A DNA stretch of 40,828 bases, taken from Chiloscyllium plagiosum. Taxonomy: Eukaryota. The translations under genes and the position numbers were made by a program. The first letter of the stretch is position 1, and each line of letters begins with the position of its first letter. This document shows, piece after piece, positions 33,305-40,828 of this stretch. The notes beneath the pieces are model-generated. The model was given only the letters and a program-made list of their open reading frames with translations, had not been told where the DNA came from and searched no databases. The DNA lies in NCBI RefSeq assembly GCF_004010195.1, contig NC_057718.1:77426312-77467139 (forward strand), read 5' to 3'.

Positions 33305-34319
33305 CTGTAAAACAGTAATAAAACAAGAGGGGAGAGAAGTCACATGATGTAAATTACAAAGATTCAGGCACTATGCAAAATAAATAAAGCAGTCGATTTG
33401 ATCACTTTTTAAAAAAAAACAGTTCCACAAAAACAACAATGAGTCTGTCTGTCCTCCTTTACCAAAACAATTTGGAACAGACCTACGAAATATGTTGGTT
33501 CCTCTTCTGAGGAGCAGCATTCATTGTTAGAATTTGCTAGAACATTTCTCTGAATCAATACAACTCAACATTTCTTACCGGATCTTTCAAACCAGCTTCT
33601 CCAGAAGTGTTGACACTATCTCTCAGAGTGCTTCATCAGAATGAAGTAGAGTCTAGAGGTGTCAGGCCATGTCTCTGTACACTTTCACAGCACCATCTGC
33701 CATATGGTAAGTTTAAATGTCCAGTCTGAATGTTAGTGAACATTAGGTGAATTGGTAGGGTGGTAGGAGGTTGATGTAATTGGATCACTGTGCAGGAAGT
33801 AGGTGGGTGGGGTAACAGATCAGATAGTAGATTGACAAAATGGTAAATGGGAAGGGTTGGAAAGTTAGTGAAGTGCCAGTGGTGTTGCAAAGGACAGTTG
33901 AGTATGATTGCAAATTGGGCAGCATGGCAGCTGCATGACTGGTAGGTGGATGAGGTAACATGGTGGATAGGATGGTAGGTGATACCACATGTGAGCTGGA
34001 TAGTTAGGTGAGCTGGTAAGTGGGTATGTGTATCTGGGATTAGTCAGATCATGTGCAGCTGGGGAATATCAAGTGTTTATTGAGGTCTGGTCGGGGATTA
34101 GACAAATGGTCAGGAAGAGCAGTTGGATCACGATTTGGGAAGGGAGGATGCGGGATTTGCAGGGGGTAGTTAGTAATCAGGATGTCAGGGGTATCAGTGA
34201 GGAACTGTCAGGTAAGGATTTGGACTCAGTGAGTGGCTGGGAGGTCAATTCTGTAGTTACCCAGTAGTTAGTGTGGGTTTTAATCTGTCTAACATTTCCT
34301 GGGTGACTAATCAGTTAGG

Positions 34320-35226
34320 ATTACAGATGACACCAAAATTGGAGGTATAGTGGATAGCGAAGAGGGTTACCTCAGATTACAACAGGATCTGGATCAGATG
34401 GGCCAATGTGCTGAGAAGTGGCAGACGGAGTTTAATTCAGGTAAATGCAAGGTGCTGCATTTTGGGAAAGCAAATCTTAGCAGGACTTATACACTTAATG
34501 GTAAGGTTCAGGGAGTGTTGCTGAACAAAGAGACCTTGGAGTGCAGGTTCATAGCTCCTTGAAAGAAGAGTCGCAGTTAGATAGAATAGTGAAGGTGTTT
34601 GGTTTGCTTTCCTTTACTGGTCAGAGTACTGAGTACAGGAGTTGGGAGGTCATGTTGCAGTTGTACAGGACATTGGTTAGGCCACTTCTGGAATATTGCA
34701 TGCAATTCTGGTCTCCTTCCTATCGAAAGGATGTTGTGAAACTTGAAAAGGCTCAGAAAAGATTTACAAAGATGTTGCCAGGGTTGGAGGACTTGAGCTA
34801 TAGGGAGAAGTTGAATAGGCTGGGGCTGTTTTCCCTGAAGTGTCAGAGGCTAAGGGGTGATGTTATAGAGGTTTATAAAATCATGAGGTGCATAGATAAG
34901 GTAAATAGACAAAGTCTCTTCGCTGGGGTGGGGGAGTCCTAAAGAGCATAGGTTTAGGGTGAGAAGGGAAAGATGTAAAAGGGACCCAAGTGCAACCTTT
35001 TCACACAGAGGGTGGAATGTGTATGGAATGAGCTGCCAGGGGAAGTGGAGGAGGCTAGTATAATTGCAACATTTAAAAGGCATCTGATGGGTATATGAAT
35101 AGCAAGGGTTTGGAGGGATATGGGCCGGGTACTGGCAGGTGGGACTAGATTGGTTGGGATATTTGCTCGGCATGGATGAGTTGGACTGAAGGGTCTGTTT
35201 CTGTGCTGCACATCTCTATGACTCCA
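34320..35226 (+). mobile_element. CR1/HER1-type LINE RT C-terminus and 3' end
   Basis: DDTKIGGIVDSEEGYLRLQQDLDQMGQCAEKWQTEFN and LYRTLVRPLLEYCMQFWSPSYRKDVVKLEKAQKRFTKMLPGL. Confidence 0.92.
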
Positions 35227-35249
35227 TTTTGGGGAAACCGTACATCATA

Positions 35250-35575
35250 ATAATCTCACTGGACTAGTAATGCTCAACCACAAGGTGATGTTCTGGGGCA
35301 CGGACTTATAGTCCCCCATAACAAGTAATAAAATTTGAACTTGATTTAAAATCTGGAATAAAAATCTGGCCTAAAGGCAACCATTGGACTGCTGTTGATT
35401 GTCATTAAAAAATCACTTGGATCACTAACATCCTTTAGAGAGGAAAATCTGTCTCCCATGCTTTCCTGAGCTGGCTTAAATCTGACTCCAGACCCACAGC
35501 AATGTGGTTCACTCTAAACTGGCTTCTACACAATTACAAATGGACAATAAATACTGAATTAGCCAGTGATGTCTT
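35250..35575 (+). mobile_element. SacSINE1-like (DeuSINE-type) SINE, diverged
   Basis: ctggactagtaa head, ggatcactaacatcctttagagaggaaaatctg and tgactccagacccacagcaatgtggtt. The family name is from recall of shark SINEs. Confidence 0.6.
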
Positions 35576-36104
35576 TAATTAATTTTAAAAAGTACTGCAG
35601 AATTGTCCCAAAGTCTCCAAACTGGATTCAGAGTTTGAAACTCTTGCCGAGGGTCTCAGGAAAAAGGGGAACTGCCCAGGCAAAGTTCAAACTTTCCTGA
35701 CAATTTCAACAGAGATCAGCACATTGGGGCTTCGGTTCTCATACGAAGTTTGTGTCACTTATCCAGCATGTGATAATCTGGAGATCTGGGCCAATTATGT
35801 TCTATAAAAGTTTAAAGCTGGAGATTTAATCAGGAGAAGTTTTATTTCATGTCACTTTTTAAAATGTGAATCCCAGCTGGCAGAACGTCACATAATAATT
35901 TTGAAAATGCGATGGGTACATCAACCAGGCTGGCACCTACACTAACAAAAAAATGTCAATATTTTGGTTTCTACTAAAAAGATCACATCAAGTTATAGAA
36001 TTTTCAAACAGCAATTCTCTCACAGATGTGGGGCTAAAGTTATAGGAAGGAGTCATTTAAAAGAAAAAGCCACATCGAAAATCTATGCATTCTAGTTTTA
36101 AATG

Positions 36105-36655
36105 TTCCCCCCCCATCCTGGTCATGGGAAAAAGACCTTGGCTATTCACCCTATGCGTGATTTTATAAACCTATGTAAGGTCACCCCTCAGCCTCTGATG
36201 TTCCAGGGAAAATTGCCCCACCCTTCTCAGTCTCTCTCGATAGCTCCAACCCTCTAACCCTGGTAACATCCTTGTAAATCTTTCATGAACCCTTTCAAGT
36301 TGGACAACATCCTTCCCATAGGAGGGAGACCAGAATTGCATACAATATTCCCAAAGTGGCCAAACCAATATCCTGTACCTCCCAACTCCTGTACTCAATG
36401 CACTGACCAATAAAGGCAAGCATACAAACCCTTTCTTCACTACCCTATCTACCTGTAACTCCACTTTCAAGGACTATGAACCTGCACTCCAAGGTCTCTT
36501 TGTTCAGCAACACTCCCCAGGTCCTTACATTAAGTGTATAAATCCCACCCTGTTTTACCTTTGCAAAATGCAGCATCTCACATTTATCTAAATTAAACTC
36601 CATTTGCCACTCCTCGGCCCATTGGCCCATCTGCTCCAGGTCCCATTATACTCTG
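36105..36655 (-). mobile_element. CR1/HER1-type LINE RT fragment
   Basis: MGQWAEEWQMEFNLDKCEMLHF and EYCMQFWSPSYGKDVVQLERVHERFTRMLPGL. Confidence 0.9.
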
Positions 36656-36760
36656 AATATAGCATCCTTACTCAAAAAGGGAGGAAGTAAAAGAAAAATG
36701 CAGTTAGCGTCTGGCATTGGGAATATGTTAGTGTCTACTATAAATGATGGAAAAGCAGAC

Positions 36761-36999
36761 TGTTGGGATTGAAACAAGATCAGCCAGGTGGATCACACAG
36801 AATACGAGTTCCCTGATCGGACCATGTTAACAGCCCCAAAAAGAGAGTCCTGGCTGACAGATATAAACAGGCATGTAAGGGGTTCTGTTCATTCTAGGAG
36901 CCAGCTCTGAGCTAGTTAGGTCAGTGTTATGTACTCTGCATATGTGTATAAAGGGTGACTTGGTGATAGGATACCAGCCCCTGAAGAGATTTACTTGCA
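36761..36999 (+). mobile_element. Gypsy 5' LTR
   Basis: TG...CA termini. Similar to the LTR at 7860-8092. Immediately upstream of gag. Confidence 0.75.
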
Positions 37000-37037
37000 A
37001 CAGTCGATTTTGAGTTTGGGTAGGCATTTCTGGCATT

Positions 37038-38094
37038 ATGTTACTCTTTGGGAGGCTTCACCCATTCAATCCTGCCAAAGAATGGCCCCGGTATGTGGAA
37101 AGAATTCATTATGTTTTCCAGGAAAATGCCATTGATGCAGATGAAAAGCAATAAATAATTCTCCTGACAGCTTGTGGACCCAGAGTTTCTCGGTTAGTAG
37201 AAGCCCAGCTTTCTCTGAAGCACAAGTTACTAAAACATTTTAAGAGTTGATGGATTTGGTTAAGGAATATTACAACCCCAAGCCTCCTCTAATTATGAAA
37301 CGCTATCAGTTTTACTTGGCTGTTTGAGAACCATATGGGGATTTTTGATGAGGTTCAGATGACTGGCAGAGGCATGAGATTTTAGTTTAATCCTAAGTGA
37401 GATGCTGGGAGATCATTTTATATGTGAGATTAATGATATGATCAAGCAAACGTGCCCACTACCTGAAGCCCAACTGGACTTCGAAAAGGCAGTACTGCTG
37501 GCTTTGTCATTAGAGAACGTGGGCAAGTGGAGCACATGACTTACAGGGTATACCGATGGAAGTGAAAGCTCTCAGCAGGCTGACTGAGCTTGGGGAACAC
37601 CACTTGGGTGAAGGAAATTGCATAGTCTTACTCAGGTCATAGCCTGAACAGAAGGATTCTAGGTCAACCCACAGCAAAGCCCCTAAGTAAAACTAAGTCT
37701 CAGCCAAATAGTTAAAACTTGAGAGGATCTGGGCCAGCAGGCCATTGTAGTTGTTGCCAGAGCGCGGACTCGAGATAGCATTAGGCTGGAATTGTGTAAG
37801 AGAACTCACAGGCTGATATCCAGGAGAGAGCACATCCTGGAAAGTCCACCTACAACTGGTTTGGAACAGTTAAATTGCTTAGCAACATCCAAATCAGAAC
37901 CACTCAAAATAAAATGTCTGATTAAATGGTCACCCAGTTCTAATGGAGGTTGATACTGACATGGCTATATCAGTGATTGCAGAACTGGTCTTTATCAAAA
38001 TTCTCTCTGGACTCCAATCCTTCAGTTTGCATATGACCTTGGCCAGGCTGAGAACCTATACCAGGGAATTCTTACAGATTAAGTGTACAACTTC
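37038..38094 (+). mobile_element. Gypsy gag-protease remnant, interrupted by L1
   Basis: MLLFGRLHPFNPA..EWPRYVERIHYVFQENAIDADEKQ*IILLTACGP, then EMLGDHFICEIND, then protease LNGHPVLMEVDTDMAISVIAE. Homologous to 5525-6860. Confidence 0.88.
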
Positions 38095-38102
38095 GGGGGA
38101 TC

Positions 38103-38113
38103 CAAGATGGCGG
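38103..38113 (+). promoter_or_regulatory. YY1 consensus site at the L1 5' end
   Basis: CAAGATGGCGG lies a few nt after a G-run start, as in the mammalian L1 internal promoter (GGGGGAGGAGCCAAGATGGCCG). Confidence 0.65.
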
Positions 38114-38265
38114 TGACCCAGCAAGTCTGAGTCTACAGTGCTCCTCCCAAGACTTGAGTAAAGTGGCTCACCCACCCCCACCACACACACCAAATCATTT
38201 ATAATAGCTGTTTAATTTAATTAGTTGTTTAATATTAAATTTAAACAATCTAATCTTTAGTAAAA

Positions 38266-39103
38266 ATGACTAAAGGGAAGGGAGCCCGCAGCAAGCAGGA
38301 CCCCCTCCCCCACCCTCTCCAGCTGCAGCTGAGGCATCCACAGCCGCCCCGGGGGACTTACCTACGGTGACAAGCCTTGTAGAAATGATCTCCAAACTGG
38401 ATGCGAAGATCGACGCTTTCATCAAAGAATCCTGAAGTCGATGGGACTCACTCTCGGCCGCACTGCAGAAGCACGACCGAGACATTAAAGAAATCGAGCG
38501 CTGAGTCGGAGGGACGGAGCTAAAGGCCACGACCTCCGAAACTACAGCGCAATCGGCCGTGGATCAGGTCCGGACTCTCCAACAGCGAGTCCGGACCTTA
38601 TAGAAATACATTGACGACTTTAATAATTGAGGTCGTCGAAAAAATATTCGTTTGCTGGGCCTTCCCGAACGGGAAGAGGAAGGCCAGCTTACAGCATTCC
38701 TCGAGCAGTGGCTGCCACAGCTTTTAAATCTGGAGGCTGGATCAGGCCAGGTAAGGATAGAATGGGCCTACCGGGTCGCAATACGCGGGCCTGGCTCGAA
38801 CCAGCATCCACGCCCGGTCCTGTTCCTGCTGCAGAGCTACAAGGAGAGGCGGATACTCCTAGAAGCCTCTAGAAATCTTGGAAAAGACCCCCAAGCTATG
38901 ATCTATAAAGGATCCAAGATCATGTTATTCCAGCTCTGGTCCGAAAGAGGAAGGCATTCGACGAGGCGAAGAAGCGTTTAAGGGATTTAAATATTCAGTA
39001 CTCCTTATGCTACTCAGCGACGCTACGCTTTAACCATGAAGGACCCATGTATAACTTTGGATCACCAGAAAAGGCTAAGGAATTCTTGGACTCTCTTAGA
39101 TAA
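38266..39103 (+). pseudogene. L1 ORF1 (coiled coil, RRM, CTD), disrupted
   Basis: ATG at 38266, then IDDFNN*GRRKNIRLLGLPERE, IEWAYRV, PRPVL and YSATLRFNHEGPMYNFGSPEKAKEFLDSLR*. Several TGA stops at likely CGA codons, plus frameshifts. Confidence 0.9.
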
Positions 39104-39855
39104 ACTGTAAGAGATAATGGATGTTGGTTTGCCCCTGCTTTGGTTTATATCCCCCCCTTTTTTTGCTTTTTTCTTACATTACTGTTTAATATTATCATGG
39201 GGGGTGGGGAGAGGGATTTGATTTTCTCCCCCCCCGGAGTTGTTTTCTTTTATTATTTTATGTATATATGTGGGATGTATGTATATGTGTGTGTATGTAT
39301 ATATGTATATATAAGCTGGGGGGGTTTGGTTAATGTTGGTGGGGGGAGGTGGTTACCTTATTTTATTTTACCTCTGTCTTTAGGAGCGGGGTTGTTTCTC
39401 CCTTGTTAGTTTGTATTAGTATATTTAATTCTTATTTGTTAAGGTTGTAATTTTATAGTTATATGTTTATATATGGTATTAACATTACCAAATATATCCA
39501 GGTGTTGGTATGGGTGGGGGTAGGGTGCTCACTGTTAACTCTAGCTTTGTATTATATCTGAATTCTCCTCATTTTATTGAGGAGCACCCGGGTCAAGGGT
39601 GGGGCATTGGTTGGGAGAGAATATTGGAATATTGGTTGGGAGACTTTTGGAAAGGAAGTGACACCCCCTGGGAACAAGGGGGAAAGTCTCCACTTAGATA
39701 CGTTTTATATTTTTTTTATTTAGAAATAGTTTTTTATTGTATTAGTGTGAGTGTATTAGAGAGGCTTTATTTTTGTAAATTTTACATGCCCTATGCTCGG
39801 GATGTTCTGGATTGGGTTTCCCCTCCCGAGGGGTCTCGGATTTGCCCAGATCATT

Positions 39856-40409
39856 ATGGTTGATCAGTCGGTTAAGTGGTGCACCTTGAATGTCAATGGG
39901 AGTAATTCGCCAGTCAAAAGGAAGAAAATATTATCAAATCTTAAGAAGGAATGAGTTGATATAACTCTCCTACAGGAGACACACCTGTCGGATAAAGAAC
40001 ACTTGAAATTACGACAGGGTGGATTTGATCAGGCCTTTTTTTTCTTCTTTTAGCTCAAAAAGCAGAGGAGTTGTTATTCTTGTTCGGAAGAATTTCCCTT
40101 TCAAAATCCTAAAGCAGATAAAAGACGAATCTGGACGATATATTTTGATTAAAGCCCTCATAAATGGAGAGGAATATGGGATTTTAAATTTGTACTGCCC
40201 CCTGGCACACCCCTTTAAATTTATAAAGGAAGCCTTTTCAAAATTGATGGCTTTGTGTCCCCGTCATATAATTATAGGGGGAGACTTTAATTGTATTATG
40301 GATCCGGAAATAGATAGGATTCCCAAGAGTACTGCAGGAGTATCTCCCAGATCCAGACAATTGATGGATCTGAACAAAGAATTAGGATTAGTAGATGTAT
40401 GGAGATGTT
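39856..40409 (+). pseudogene. L1 ORF2 APE endonuclease, disrupted and interrupted
   Basis: MVDQSVKWCTLNVNGSNSPVKRKKILSNLKKE*VDITLLQETHL...SKSRGVVILVRK...DESGRY...LNLYCP...IIGGDFNCIMDP...LGLVDVWR. Confidence 0.93.
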
Positions 40410-40828
40410 CAAAGTTTGTGAGAAGATTTGTAGCTCGGGTGCTCGTTGCTGTGGTTCTGTTCGCCGAGCTGGAAGTTTTTGTTGCAAACGTTTCGTCCCC
40501 TGTCTAGGTGACATCCTCAGTGAAAGCAACCACCCCAATACACACAAACGAAGTTGCATCAAGACACTATTCAAAAGGGCCACATATTCAAAAGGGCCAC
40601 AACACACTGCAGCACACCAGAACTGCAAAAAGAGGAAGAGGAAGAGGAAGAGGAAGACAAGGTATTCGCCAAAAACGGATATCCTCGCAATTTCATCAAC
40701 AGATGCCTAAGGGAAAGACAACGGTACGAGGACATGCCGCAACCCAAAGGACTAGCCACACTACCATACATCAAGAACATCTCTGAACTGACAGCCAGAC
40801 TACTGCGACCACTAGGACTCATAACAGC
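40410..40828 (+). mobile_element. Penelope-like element inserted in L1 ORF2: inverted pLTR piece, then RT-thumb/linker coding remnant
   Basis: From about 40523: SNHPNTHKRSCIKTLFKRAT(duplication)THCSTPELQKEEEE...GYPRNFINRCL...LATLPYIKNISELTARLLRPLG, the PLE RT C-terminal region. 40410-40522 carries a minus-strand hammerhead. Confidence 0.85.
40483..40522 (-). ncRNA. Minimal hammerhead ribozyme motif (third family)
   Basis: Minus strand: ca CTGAGGA t gtcacct-agac-aggggac GAAA cg TT tg. 7-bp stem II with one mismatch, palindromic ACGT helix III, helix I ca/tg. Confidence 0.6.

Larger units (their letters stand above)
38095..40409 (+). mobile_element. L1-clade LINE, 5'-intact portion (5' UTR, ORF1, spacer, ORF2 endonuclease)
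   Basis: Begins GGGGGATCCAAGATGGCGG. ORF1 and ORF2 motifs are listed separately below. CpG-rich relative to the flanks. Confidence 0.92.

Noticed and set aside
33540..34260. Possible Harbinger fragment and G-rich strand-biased tract
   Set aside because: The motif match is too weak and frame-dependent; the tract looks like degenerate low-complexity repeat.
7860..36999. The two similar LTRs as ends of one giant element
   Set aside because: Wrong order (the 3' LTR lies left of the 5' LTR), substantial divergence, and host exons in between; they are separate insertions.
33305..40828. UNC93A exon 1
   Set aside because: No minus-strand segment resembling N...SFGFLLLFTAYGGLQSLQ was found; the in-frame Met at 33343 is intronic read-through upstream of the acceptor.

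Overview
Eukaryotic (vertebrate) genomic DNA. The repeat content (HE1-type tRNA SINEs, CR1/HER1 LINEs, SacSINE1-like SINE, Penelope-like elements) points to a shark, probably a carpet or bamboo shark; this is inference. The whole window appears to lie inside one minus-strand gene, an UNC93A-like MFS-type membrane protein. I can read exons 2, 3 and 4 and the start of exon 5, with canonical splice sites and consistent phases; exon 1 was not found and probably lies beyond the right edge. The introns are filled with decayed mobile DNA: CR1 LINEs, SINEs, two Gypsy LTR elements (one internally inverted), a 5'-intact L1, hAT/Buster and Harbinger fossils, and at least three Penelope-like families carrying minimal hammerhead ribozyme motifs. 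The most unusual structures are two hairpin-forming Penelope insertions with 14-bp target-site duplications, a Gypsy>L1>Penelope nest, and several local templated duplications or inversions. I found no convincing evidence of a wholly new protein-coding system. Most ORFs in the supplied track are TE fragments or spurious.
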